Both the position numbers and the translations under genes were made by a program. A stretch of DNA of 41,018 nt from a virus (lineage: Duplodnaviria; Caudoviricetes): the IMG/VR virus record IMGVR_UViG_3300012943_000018, positions 1-41,018 of that record; one strand, 5' to 3'. Positions within the stretch are counted from its first letter, which is position 1, and every line of letters starts with the position of its first letter. This document shows, in pieces, positions 15,694-24,200 of this stretch. Under the pieces are notes generated by a model. That model was not told the origin of the DNA. It ran no database searches and was given only the letters and a program-made list of their open reading frames with translations.

Positions 15694-16140
15694 TCAAAAC
15701 GGCAGATCCTCCGGAGCGATAGCCATGAGGACCGCTTCATCTTCCTCCATCGTGAAGTCGCCGGTATCGCGCAGCTGCTTAGCTTTATCATCGGCCATCC
15801 AGTGCGCGGTATTCTCCTTCTCCGTAACCCACTCGAGATTCGAGATGTGGTTGTTCCTCTTGTCCCGATCGATATGGTTGACGTAAGGCTTGCCGTCCGG
15901 GTTCTCGAGGAACGCGATCGCAACGAGCTGATGCACGAAGAAGCGCTTGCGGTCGCCGGCGTGCTTGAGATGCACGTGGAGATAGCCTCGGTACATCGGC
16001 GGCGTCTGCATGACGCGCTCCGGGAGCGGGCGCGTGCGGCCCCGGAACCAATGGATATGCCGCGCGCAGCTCTTGACCCTTCCCCGGTCGGATACCTGAT
16101 ACTTGCCCTCGTAGCCAGGGATGTCGCGCCACTCCTCCAT
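15694..16140 (-). CDS. NUMOD4-HNH homing endonuclease
   Basis: EEWRDIPGYEGKYQVSDRGRVKS; VHQLVAIAF; VNHIDRDKRNNHISNLEWVT. Confidence 0.9.
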   Translation of the reverse strand: MEEWRDIPGYEGKYQVSDRGRVKSCARHIHWFRGRTRPLPERVMQTPPMYRGYLHVHLKHAGDRKRFFVHQLVAIAFLENPDGKPYVNHIDRDKRNNHISNLEWVTEKENTAHWMADDKAKQLRDTGDFTMEEDEAVLMAIAPEDLPF

Positions 16141-16142
16141 AG

Positions 16143-16601
16143 CTACAGCATGACGAGCTTGTACTTCGCCGTCGGGTTGAACCCGGTCGCGCGCAGGCTC
16201 TCGATATCGAACGGGAGCCCCTTCGCCTTGAAGCGCCGGCGCAGGGCGGAAAGGTGCGAGCATATGAGGTTGTCGGAAACGTATGAAAGGGAGACGAGCG
16301 CCTTGAGCTCGTTCCGGGTCGCGCCTTCTGGCCGCTGGATGAGCGAGAATATCCTCCATTGCGTGACCGAGAGCTCCTTCGCGACGTGCGGATACTTCTC
16401 CATGACGCCGGGGATCTCGGTCCATTCCTCCTGTAAGCGCTCGCGGCGCGTCTCGCTCGGGCGCTTCACCGGCTTCGTGTACGGGACCGCCGTGCGGAAG
16501 ACGATGAACTCCGGAAGCGGCACGAACGATGCGATGAGGTCGTACCGGAGCTGCTTGGGCAACTGGTCGATGAGCTCGCGCGTTTTTACCTGGACCAGCA
16601 T
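16143..16601 (-). CDS. Protein with a C-terminal OmpR-like winged helix
   Basis: LSVTQWRIFSLI...ICSHLSALRRRF...IESLRATG. Confidence 0.55.
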   Translation of the reverse strand: MLVQVKTRELIDQLPKQLRYDLIASFVPLPEFIVFRTAVPYTKPVKRPSETRRERLQEEWTEIPGVMEKYPHVAKELSVTQWRIFSLIQRPEGATRNELKALVSLSYVSDNLICSHLSALRRRFKAKGLPFDIESLRATGFNPTAKYKLVML

Positions 16602-16603
16602 AC

Positions 16604-18766
16604 CTACGATTCCATGTTAGGGAGATCCTCCGCAGCAAACTCCTCGCTGTTCAGGTGATCGAGGACGCCCTGGTGCTCCGGGAACCAGCGCGTACGCTGG
16701 AAGCCGTCTATGGTGCGACGGTCCTTCTTGAGCTTGAGTTTGTTCTTCAGGATGTCGGCTATCGCCATCTCCTCGAACTTCTTCATCGAGCCGAACTGCG
16801 AGAGCGCCTCCTGATACACCTGCTGGATCGTGATGCCGTCGACCTGCTTCCGGTTGTTGAACGGGTCGTTGTAGTACCACTCCGTTATGCGGTCCTCGTT
16901 CGGGTCGGAGATGCGGCGCGCCTCCTGCTGCTTCGCGGTCTCCTCCTCCGGGAACTCGTGGACCGTCTCCTTGTCGACCACAAGGCGATGGTATGCCTCC
17001 GCGAAGAGCTGCTCGCGGTTCGCCTCGAGCCACTCGATGTCGGCCTGCTTGAATACGACCTTCACCGGGAGCCATCGGCGGTTTCCGGTCTCGTCCTTGA
17101 GGTACTCCTCCTGGTTCGTCGTCATCGCGAACGCGCAGCGGCGCGGATGGTCGGTCGAAATACGCGCGTACGGCTCGCGGAACTTATCGACGAGCATGGT
17201 GATGATCGCTTTCATCTTCTTCACTTCGGTACGCGAGAGTGTCTCGCCCTCGGAGAACTCGACGATGAACTTGCCCTGGAACTGCATGAAGAAATCCTTC
17301 GAGTCCATACTCATCGTGGTCTCGACGTGCGCGTTCTTCCCGTTCGGGAGCTCGCCGAGGACATTGAGCGAGGTCGACTTCTTCGCGCCCTGCGGTCCCT
17401 CGAGCACGAGCACGTAGTCGAACTTCGATCCCGGCAGGAGGATGCGCTTCACGACGCCCTTGAGCCAGTTCGATGCGACCGCGCGATGGTACTCGTCGTC
17501 CGGAACGCCGTACGTCTTCTCGAGCCAATGATCGAGGCGCGCCTCGCCGTCCCATTCTATGCCCCGGATGAAGTCGAGCGCCGAGTCGATGACGTTCTCC
17601 TTCGCGACAAGCATGATGGCGTCGTAGACCATATCCTTCCCGACCTTGCGGAAGAAGTCGTACTTGATCGAGATGCCGGTCTGGATGATGACGACATCGT
17701 TATCCTCGAACGAGCGCCAGGCGTCGCCCTCGAGCACCTCGTACGCGTTCTGGAAGGTATCGAAGCGGAACGCGCCGGCGAACTCCTCGTCGCCGCGCAG
17801 GATGCGCGCGATGTTCTCGGTATTCTGCGTGACGAGCTTCTGCCCTTGCGCGCCTATCGTGTATAGAAAGTCGATCCCGGTCTCCTCCTTGATGCGCTCG
17901 TCCTGCGTCTGGTACACCTCGTCGCACGCCTTCACCGCAGCGGTGATGCTGCGGAGCCGGTAGTCCGCGCGCGTCTGCGTCTTCTCCCGGCTTCCGAGCG
18001 GGCTCGCGACCCATATGCGCTCCATCTGCGCCGCGTCCTTCCGGGACCAGAACGCGAGGTGCGCGAGCAAGGACGCGTCCGCGCGGCTCTTGTCGCCCTC
18101 CTTCGCCGACGGGTCCCCGTCGTAGAGCTTCCGGATATCCGGCCCGTTCGCAGCCCCGAACATACGGTCGAGGAGCTGCTGGTCCGTGAAGATGCTCTCC
18201 GTAGCCGGGGCGTCGAGCAGGCCCGGCGCGACATCTGCTTTCGCCCAGGGATATCCGATACCCTCGAGGAGCGCGATCGCTTCCTTCGGAGGAATCGTCC
18301 TGATGGCCTTCGGTTTCCCGTGAAACGAGACCTCGCTGAACGTGAAATACCGGCCGTCCGTGTACGCCTCGAAGGGACTGTGCCGGTTCGCCTCGAGCTT
18401 GAGCGCCTCCGTGAGATGGAGATAGAGATGGAGTCCGGTCCCTGATGGGCTGATTTCCGTATAGGTATCCGCCTCCTTTATGAGCTTCTCGATAGCCTTC
18501 TTGTGCTCGCCGACCACCTTTCCCTCCTCGAGAACGTGGTCGATGTCGATACCGAGCAGGGTCCGGTCCGGGGTGAAGACGACGCCTATGCCCGAAAAGA
18601 ACTCGGATGCGGCTTTAGCCTTCTCATACGTGGTCCAGGTCTCGGGGTCGGTGGAGCTGGCCATCTTCCCGGTGACGGAATACGGGATCTTCGTCGTCTT
18701 CGCGCCGCGCTTCTCGGCGTGCCAGACGACCCAGCGCTTCTCCTTGAAGATAGGGTGGTCGTTCAT
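16604..18766 (-). CDS. NrS-1-like primase/polymerase fused to a VirE/VapE-type helicase
   Basis: RWVVW, GIDIDH and EISPSGTGLH; helix-bundle DKSRADASLLAHLAFW; LEGPQGAKKST and YLKDETGNRRW; likely start MNDHP overlapping the HNH stop. Confidence 0.9.
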   Translation of the reverse strand: MNDHPIFKEKRWVVWHAEKRGAKTTKIPYSVTGKMASSTDPETWTTYEKAKAASEFFSGIGVVFTPDRTLLGIDIDHVLEEGKVVGEHKKAIEKLIKEADTYTEISPSGTGLHLYLHLTEALKLEANRHSPFEAYTDGRYFTFSEVSFHGKPKAIRTIPPKEAIALLEGIGYPWAKADVAPGLLDAPATESIFTDQQLLDRMFGAANGPDIRKLYDGDPSAKEGDKSRADASLLAHLAFWSRKDAAQMERIWVASPLGSREKTQTRADYRLRSITAAVKACDEVYQTQDERIKEETGIDFLYTIGAQGQKLVTQNTENIARILRGDEEFAGAFRFDTFQNAYEVLEGDAWRSFEDNDVVIIQTGISIKYDFFRKVGKDMVYDAIMLVAKENVIDSALDFIRGIEWDGEARLDHWLEKTYGVPDDEYHRAVASNWLKGVVKRILLPGSKFDYVLVLEGPQGAKKSTSLNVLGELPNGKNAHVETTMSMDSKDFFMQFQGKFIVEFSEGETLSRTEVKKMKAIITMLVDKFREPYARISTDHPRRCAFAMTTNQEEYLKDETGNRRWLPVKVVFKQADIEWLEANREQLFAEAYHRLVVDKETVHEFPEEETAKQQEARRISDPNEDRITEWYYNDPFNNRKQVDGITIQQVYQEALSQFGSMKKFEEMAIADILKNKLKLKKDRRTIDGFQRTRWFPEHQGVLDHLNSEEFAAEDLPNMES

Positions 18767-19341
18767 ATCTTTTTCTTGTTCCGGAACGTCGGAGTCTTCC
18801 GGTGGCATGGCTCGCAAAGAGTACGACCGTTCGATACCTCGAACCGAAGTTCAGGATAATGCGCGAATGACTTGATGTGGTCCGCATTCAGGTATACTCC
18901 TCGAGCTCCGCACCATACGCACGTATAGTCATCGCGCTTGAAGACGGCCTCGCGCCATATACGCATCTCGACCGAACCGCGTATGCGCTGATGCTCTTTC
19001 GTGATGCCTCCCTTCCAGAACGGACTCTTCTCGCCGCGGTGCGCCTCGCGCATACGCATACGCGTCTCTTCGGATACCTTCTTTCCTTTATTCCATGGGA
19101 CCCTTCCGATAGAAAGCTGACGCAACCGTTCCTTATGTTCAGGAGTCATGGGAACAGCGAAAGGGCGCTTCTTGCCGAGCCAGTACCGGGCATTATTCTC
19201 GGATATCTTCTTGCGCGTCTCGACAGATCGCGGCTTCCCGGCTCGTGTATAGGAAACGGCCCGCGTATGCATCAAGTCCATTACGGAACCTGTACGCGGG
19301 CCTTTTTCTATACGCGAACCTTTTGTAATGACTTGATGCAT
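18763..19341 (-). CDS. NUMOD3-HNH endonuclease
   Basis: Repeated SVETRKKIS / SEETRMRMRE; VFKRDDYTCVWCG, ADHIKSF, NGRTLCEPCH. Confidence 0.9.
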   Translation of the reverse strand: MHQVITKGSRIEKGPRTGSVMDLMHTRAVSYTRAGKPRSVETRKKISENNARYWLGKKRPFAVPMTPEHKERLRQLSIGRVPWNKGKKVSEETRMRMREAHRGEKSPFWKGGITKEHQRIRGSVEMRIWREAVFKRDDYTCVWCGARGVYLNADHIKSFAHYPELRFEVSNGRTLCEPCHRKTPTFRNKKKI

Positions 19342-19348
19342 AGAACGA

Positions 19349-19830
19349 AGTATACCTCCCGTGAAGGGGAAGTGAAAAGGGAAAATGACGGAAGTGTGGA
19401 TAACCCCTTCCGTCATCTGCATACCTCCCGGAATGACGGAAGCATTTGCCGGCCCGTCCGGAAAAGCCTAATGACGGAAGAGTGTGGTGTAATGCGGTCC
19501 GAAGGGTCCGGAGGGGTCCGCTTGCATACCTCGGGGGCTTTTTTTGGGAGGTATGCAAGGGAGGTGTACTAGGGTTTTCATGGCCTATTTACTACCTTTA
19601 GTATACCTAGTATACCTAGTATACCTAAATCCCTATAAGATACTGAAAAGGTCTAGGAAAGGGAGGGGAGGGGAGGCTGGTGGAGGGGCTGGGGATATAT
19701 ATAGGCGGTAGGTATGCAAGGCATACTAGCCCCACCCCTCTTTGTGGTTTTCACCGCACAGGCAAGCCGTGGAATCGCTTGCATACCTCCCTGGCCGGAG
19801 GTATGCAAGATGCATACCTCGGAGGCTGTT
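19349..19830. promoter_or_regulatory. Probable replication origin / major control region
   Basis: About 500 bp with no credible ORF; four ATGACGGAAG sites, a DnaA box at 19395-19403, seven TGCATACCT repeats in both orientations, (TAGTATACC)x3 in an AT-rich patch; lies upstream of the primase operon. Confidence 0.7.
19599..19625. repeat. 9-bp tandem repeat (TAGTATACC)x3
   Basis: Read directly from the sequence. Confidence 0.9.
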
Positions 19831-19838
19831 TTCTTCAT

Positions 19839-19860
19839 AAAAAAGGCCCCGCAGGGCCTT
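19839..19860 (-). terminator. Intrinsic terminator of the leftward 20707 operon
   Basis: AAGGCCC-cgca-GGGCCTT with an A-run on its left (a U-tract on the minus strand). Confidence 0.75.
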
Positions 19861-19887
19861 CTTCATGTTTCCTTGACACGATGTTCT

Positions 19888-20088
19888 CTACCGGATTCCT
19901 CCTATCTTCCGTAGCGCTTGCCGTTTCCCTTCACGCGAAAGGTTGTCGAAGCGTATGGATTTCAGGTACTCGTTCCGTTCTTTCTTGCTCATCCGTGGCT
20001 TGAAGACCGGCGGCGTCATGAGCTTTCGCGTCCTCGAGCGGAACAGGATGCGGAACGGTTTCGTGAGCTTGCGGATGAGGGAACGCAT
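19888..20088 (-). CDS. Small basic hypothetical protein
   Basis: 66-aa ORF starting 1 nt after the upstream stop and followed by a terminator. Confidence 0.6.
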   Translation of the reverse strand: MRSLIRKLTKPFRILFRSRTRKLMTPPVFKPRMSKKERNEYLKSIRFDNLSREGKRQALRKIGGIR

Positions 20089-20089
20089 A

Positions 20090-20707
20090 CTAGCGGGAGT
20101 TGATCGGGACCTGTACCTCTTCGATGCGGATGCCGGGAATCTTCTTCCCTGCCTTAGCCGCTTCCTTCAGGGCTGTCTTCTTGAGGAGGAGCTCGGCGTA
20201 TTCGTTCCCGGTAGCCTTGAGGAGAGCGATAGGGTCCTCGACGTGGAACTCGTAGTCGGTCCGGAACTTGATGGAGCCGGCTCCGGTCTCGACCTTTTCC
20301 GTCGGCTGTTCGATCTCGCCCATCTTGCGGACGGCGGTCGATGCCGAGAGCTTGCCCCGGCCGGGCCCGACTCGCTCGGCGATCCTAGCCGCTTCCTCGT
20401 CGGCTTTCTTCTTCGCTGCGGTCTGGTATGCGGTGATGCCTTTGCGGAGTATGGAGACGGCCGACTCGAGCACGGTCTCCATCGGCTTCCATCGTGCCCG
20501 TTCCGCCTTGAGCGCCTCGTTCAGGGGCTTCGTCACCTTCTCCTTCTCCTCGGTGATGAGATCCAGCCCCTTGTTCGCCTTCGAGAGGAGCTCGGTCGCT
20601 TCCTTCATCGACTTCTCGTCGACTATCTCGAGGGCTTCAGCCCGCTCCACGAGCGGAGCGTAGCTCTTCTCGACCTGTACGATGCGCTTGTCTTCAGTCT
20701 TTGCCAT
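20090..20707 (-). CDS. Coiled-coil protein (Gp157/Gam-like)
   Basis: EKEKVTKPLNEALK coiled coil; C-terminal GKKIPGIRIEE. Confidence 0.6.
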   Translation of the reverse strand: MAKTEDKRIVQVEKSYAPLVERAEALEIVDEKSMKEATELLSKANKGLDLITEEKEKVTKPLNEALKAERARWKPMETVLESAVSILRKGITAYQTAAKKKADEEAARIAERVGPGRGKLSASTAVRKMGEIEQPTEKVETGAGSIKFRTDYEFHVEDPIALLKATGNEYAELLLKKTALKEAAKAGKKIPGIRIEEVQVPINSR

Positions 20708-20813
20708 GATGTTATCGGTTATTGCTTGTGTACCTATAGTATAAATGACGGAAGATATACCGCAACGGGTTATTCACACTTCCGTCATATCTCTTCCGTG
20801 ATATAGTTTTCCT
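20708..20813. promoter_or_regulatory. Divergent early/late promoter region with operators and a DnaA box
   Basis: Minus strand: TTGCGG (20760-20765), 16 nt, TATACT (20738-20743). Plus strand: TATAGT at 20802-20807. Operators at 20745-20754 and 20779-20788, variant at 20793-20802; TTATTCACA at 20770-20778. Confidence 0.75.
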
Positions 20814-21008
20814 ATGTCAAACGCGGCTTCCGAAGGGCAGAAGCGGAGATGGTCGAAGGTTCCGAAGGAGGAGCGCTCCGAGATCATGTCCGACGTGAAC
20901 AAGAAGAAGTGGGCGAAGGTATCGAAGCGCAAGCGAAAGGAGCACGCCGCGCTCATGACTGCCGCACGTCTCAAAAAGCATGGAACACGTAAGAGATCAA
21001 AAGGATAG
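20814..21008 (+). CDS. Small basic putative DNA-binding regulator
   Basis: Duplicated RWSKVPKEERSE / KWAKVSKRKRKE motif; first gene of the rightward arm. Confidence 0.6.
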   Translation: MSNAASEGQKRRWSKVPKEERSEIMSDVNKKKWAKVSKRKRKEHAALMTAARLKKHGTRKRSKG

Positions 21009-21147
21009 GCCCGAGCAGTCCGAGATCTCGGAAGGGTTGCATGACCTGTATCGGAAGATGACGGACCCGGAGGAGCGCGAGAAGGAAGCTATAAAAAAAC
21101 AACGCAAAGATTATGTCGCAGAGCAAACAGAAGACGCTGGTTTCTAA
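20980..21147 (+). CDS. Hypothetical 55-aa protein (not in the ORF track)
   Basis: MEHVRDQKD...EDAGF; bridges the gap and overlaps both neighbours. Confidence 0.4.
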   Translation: MEHVRDQKDRPEQSEISEGLHDLYRKMTDPEEREKEAIKKQRKDYVAEQTEDAGF

Positions 21148-21358
21148 CCAAGAGAAGATAGCGGAGCTCGCGAAGGAGCTCGAGCGCTATGCCGATGCCC
21201 CGCTCGAGGTCGAGGAATACGGGAAAATCCAGAATCTCCGCGACAAGCTCGACTACGAGCTCGTGCTCCTCGAGGAGGAAGGGCAGCACGCGAAGATCCG
21301 GAATATGACGAAGGTGCTCGCCATCATGAAAGTTGCGAAGGAACGCCAAGCCGTATGA
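21113..21358 (+). CDS. Hypothetical protein
   Basis: ATGA coupling to the next gene. Confidence 0.7.
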   Translation: MSQSKQKTLVSNQEKIAELAKELERYADAPLEVEEYGKIQNLRDKLDYELVLLEEEGQHAKIRNMTKVLAIMKVAKERQAV

Positions 21359-21627
21359 CCAAACTGACGGAAGAACAGCGCAAGCAGATGGAGGAGCAGA
21401 CGCGCATCGGCGTCTATACGAAGTTCCTCGCATCGCAAGCGGCCGCGAATACCGCATCCATACCGGACGGGAAGAAGTTCGCCCAGCAGCTCGTGGCCCT
21501 GTGCGGCGTGCTCGACCGCCAGCGCCATCACTACATCACCACCATTTTCGATAGCATGAACGTGAAGGAAGCGAAGCTGAACATCGACACCGGCGAGCTC
21601 ACCGATATCGTCCTCAAGGAAATATGA
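21355..21627 (+). CDS. Hypothetical protein
   Basis: Coupled ORF. Confidence 0.7.
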   Translation: MTKLTEEQRKQMEEQTRIGVYTKFLASQAAANTASIPDGKKFAQQLVALCGVLDRQRHHYITTIFDSMNVKEAKLNIDTGELTDIVLKEI

Positions 21628-21875
21628 TCCTCTCACCCGATACCGTACGCATATTGCTGAAGTCGAAGCATGGACAGGAGTTCGTGAACGGCATCCGGGG
21701 CGAGCTCATCAAGCTCGACCTCATCTCGCAGATGCCGAAGCTCAAGGAACCGATGGAGATAGCGGTCGAGACGCTCGCACGCGCTCGCGCCGGGGAGGTG
21801 CTCCGCGCGATGCTCGAGCCTCTCGTGACTCCTGAAGAGGAGCGCCCTGGCGACGAGGATAAGGAGGTATACTAA
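21624..21875 (+). CDS. Hypothetical helical protein
   Basis: Coupled ORF immediately before the terminase genes. Confidence 0.7.
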   Translation: MILSPDTVRILLKSKHGQEFVNGIRGELIKLDLISQMPKLKEPMEIAVETLARARAGEVLRAMLEPLVTPEEERPGDEDKEVY

Positions 21876-21879
21876 TCGC

Positions 21880-22383
21880 ATGGCAAAGAAGAAGACTGTC
21901 AAGCCGAAGAGCAAGAAGCAGATTCTCCGCAAGAAGCCCGGTCGCCCTACCGTGTATACCCAGGAGCTCGCTGATGCTATCTGCCGCGAGCTCGCTAACG
22001 GCATCAGCCTTCGCTCTGTGCTCCGGGGTGAAGGAATGCCCGACGGTGCTACGTTCTTCAAGTGGATGCGAGAGATCGACGGGTTTTCCAAACAATACGA
22101 GGCCGCGAAAGAGGAATCTGCCGATGCTCTCATCGAAGATATGCTCGAAATCGCCGATGAAGCGCTCCCTGAATCGAAGTCCGGGGATGCAAAGCGCGCC
22201 GGCGCAAAGGTGGCCGCCCAGCGTCTCCGCGTCGATACGCGCAAGTGGGCGGCATCGAAGCTGAAGCCGAAGAAGTACGGCGACAAGCTCGATCTCACGT
22301 CCGACGGGAAGCAGCTCAAGGGCAATACGATAGTCTTCAAGGGATTCGATGAAAAGTCTGGAACTGAATCAGGTAGTGAATAA
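21880..22383 (+). CDS. terS: Terminase small subunit (Sf6 gp1-like)
   Basis: GRPTVYTQELADAICRELANGISLRSV...LRVDTRKWAASKLKPKKYGDK. Confidence 0.9.
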   Translation: MAKKKTVKPKSKKQILRKKPGRPTVYTQELADAICRELANGISLRSVLRGEGMPDGATFFKWMREIDGFSKQYEAAKEESADALIEDMLEIADEALPESKSGDAKRAGAKVAAQRLRVDTRKWAASKLKPKKYGDKLDLTSDGKQLKGNTIVFKGFDEKSGTESGSE

Positions 22384-23677
22384 GGCGTTCGCGCCTCTCT
22401 TTACGGAGGCGAAGCGCTACTACATCCTCATGGGTGGCCGCGGTGCGGGCCGCTCTACCGCCGCGTCCCAGTTCATCCTCGCGAACCTGACCGGGACCGA
22501 GTTCTTCCGCTGCGCCATCATGCGCGCCGTGCATAAGGATATCCGGCATTCCCTGTGGCGAGAGCTCCGGGACCGCGCCGCCGAGCAGGGCATAGAAGAC
22601 GCGCTCCATATCACCGACAACGATATGACGATGAGCTACGGCCAGAACCTCGTGAACGCGGTCGGTTTCCGGGCATCGTCGAAGGAGCATAGCGCGAAGC
22701 TCAAGTCGCTCGCGAACTATACGTGCGTCGTCATCGAGGAGGCCGACGAGATCGGCGAGCAGGAGTTCATGGTCCTCGATGACTCCATCCGTACGGTGAA
22801 GGCTGACATCAAGATCATCCTGTGTTTCAATACGCCGCCTAAGAACCATTGGATCATCACTCGATGGTTCGATCTCATCCCGTCCGGGACCGAAGGCTTC
22901 TATATCCCGGTGCTCAAGCCGGAGATGGAGAGCGATACGCTCTTCGTCTACCACAACCATAAGATCAACGTCGCGAACATCGACGAGCACACGCTCAAGC
23001 GCTATGCCGCATACGAGCATACGAAGCCGGCGTACTTCCATCAGGTCATCGAGGGCCTATGCCCCGAGGTGGTCCGAGGAAAGATATATTCCGGATGGCG
23101 GCAGATCGACACGGTTCCCCCGGAAGCGAAGCTCTTCCGCTACGGCATCGACTTCGGATGGTTCCCGGACCCGCTCGTGCTCGTGGCCATCTACTATCAC
23201 TCGGGCGGCTACATCATCGACGAGCTGCTCTACGGCAATGAGATTCCGAACAAGACCGTCGGCGATACCATCCTCGGGCATGGCAACAAGGTACCGACCG
23301 TCGCTGATTCGGCCGAACCGAAGAGCATCGCGGAGCTCGTGAGCTATGGCGTACTCGCTACCGGAGCGGCGAAGGGCGCGGACAGCGTGAGCTACGGCAT
23401 CAAGATGGTCGCTGACCTCGCCATCTCTGTGACCAAGAGAAGCACGCACGTATGGAAGGCGTACGAGAACTACGCATGGAAGGAAGACAAGGACGGCAAC
23501 CCGCTTGGATATCCGGACCACACGTGGTCGGACCCGATGGATGCGGTGCGCTATCCGCTCGAGGATATCCTGAACACCATCGACCCGGAGCAGCAGAAGC
23601 GCGAAGAGCGTCGAAGCGATCATCGAAGACGTGAAGCGATATCCACAGCTAGAGACGATGCAGGTCTCATGGATTAG
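22349..23677 (+). CDS. terL: Terminase large subunit (PBSX/Terminase_3-like)
   Basis: GGRGAGRS Walker A, IEEADE Walker B, FNTP, YGIDFG, ADSAEP, DPMDAVRY. Confidence 0.95.
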   Translation: MKSLELNQVVNKAFAPLFTEAKRYYILMGGRGAGRSTAASQFILANLTGTEFFRCAIMRAVHKDIRHSLWRELRDRAAEQGIEDALHITDNDMTMSYGQNLVNAVGFRASSKEHSAKLKSLANYTCVVIEEADEIGEQEFMVLDDSIRTVKADIKIILCFNTPPKNHWIITRWFDLIPSGTEGFYIPVLKPEMESDTLFVYHNHKINVANIDEHTLKRYAAYEHTKPAYFHQVIEGLCPEVVRGKIYSGWRQIDTVPPEAKLFRYGIDFGWFPDPLVLVAIYYHSGGYIIDELLYGNEIPNKTVGDTILGHGNKVPTVADSAEPKSIAELVSYGVLATGAAKGADSVSYGIKMVADLAISVTKRSTHVWKAYENYAWKEDKDGNPLGYPDHTWSDPMDAVRYPLEDILNTIDPEQQKREERRSDHRRREAISTARDDAGLMD

Positions 23678-23703
23678 TCATGAACGTGGTATATACTTCC
23701 GGT

Positions 23704-24093
23704 ATGGACAAAACCCAAATCCGTGCGGAGCTCGATAAGCTCGGAGTCGTATACAACGCTCGCCTCGGCGAGGATAAGCTCATGGCTATCCTCGAGGAAG
23801 CACGGAAGAAGGGTAAAGGAGAGACTGGCGCAACCGCACCGACCGCACCAGCGGCCGGTGATACTGGCGCGTCCGGTCCGACTGGTCCTGACGAAGCTGA
23901 AGGTGCATCCGGTCCTACGGAACCGAGCGCCCCGGCTGCGGAGCCCGAGGCTCCTGCCGCGCCATCCGGCGTCGTGAAAATCATCGACCGCTTCGGTATG
24001 GTCTGCCGTACGTACTCTCTCGAGACGCATGGCGACGACTACGTTTCGCTCGCGCAGGAGTTCGCCAAGAAGAAGGGCCTCCGCATCGCCTAG
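23704..24093 (+). CDS. Protein with an N-terminal HeH/LEM-like motif and an Ala/Pro/Gly linker
   Basis: IRAELDKLGVVYNARLGEDKLMAIL; TATACT 6 nt before the ATG. Confidence 0.65.
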   Translation: MDKTQIRAELDKLGVVYNARLGEDKLMAILEEARKKGKGETGATAPTAPAAGDTGASGPTGPDEAEGASGPTEPSAPAAEPEAPAAPSGVVKIIDRFGMVCRTYSLETHGDDYVSLAQEFAKKKGLRIA

Positions 24094-24109
24094 CACCTTG
24101 ACCGTCAGC

Positions 24110-24200
24110 TAAACCGCAAAAATCTTCGACTTCTGGTCGAGGTGGTGATTTGCTTTGCGGTTTATCACCCCCTCTACCAGACGCCGAAAGCGTCTGTTTT
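24110..24200 (+). other. Structured leader / attenuator-like element before the scaffold-capsid genes
   Basis: TAAACCGCAAA...TTTGCGGTTTA stem, then CAGACGC-cgaaa-GCGTCTG-TTTT. Confidence 0.55.

Noticed and set aside
19385-19830. Repeats as a CRISPR array or DGR template
   Set aside because: The repeats are only 9-13 bp, irregularly spaced and in both orientations; no cas or reverse transcriptase gene is present
21365-21373. TGACGGAAG copy inside a CDS
   Set aside because: It encodes L-T-E in a coding region with no promoter nearby and may be chance
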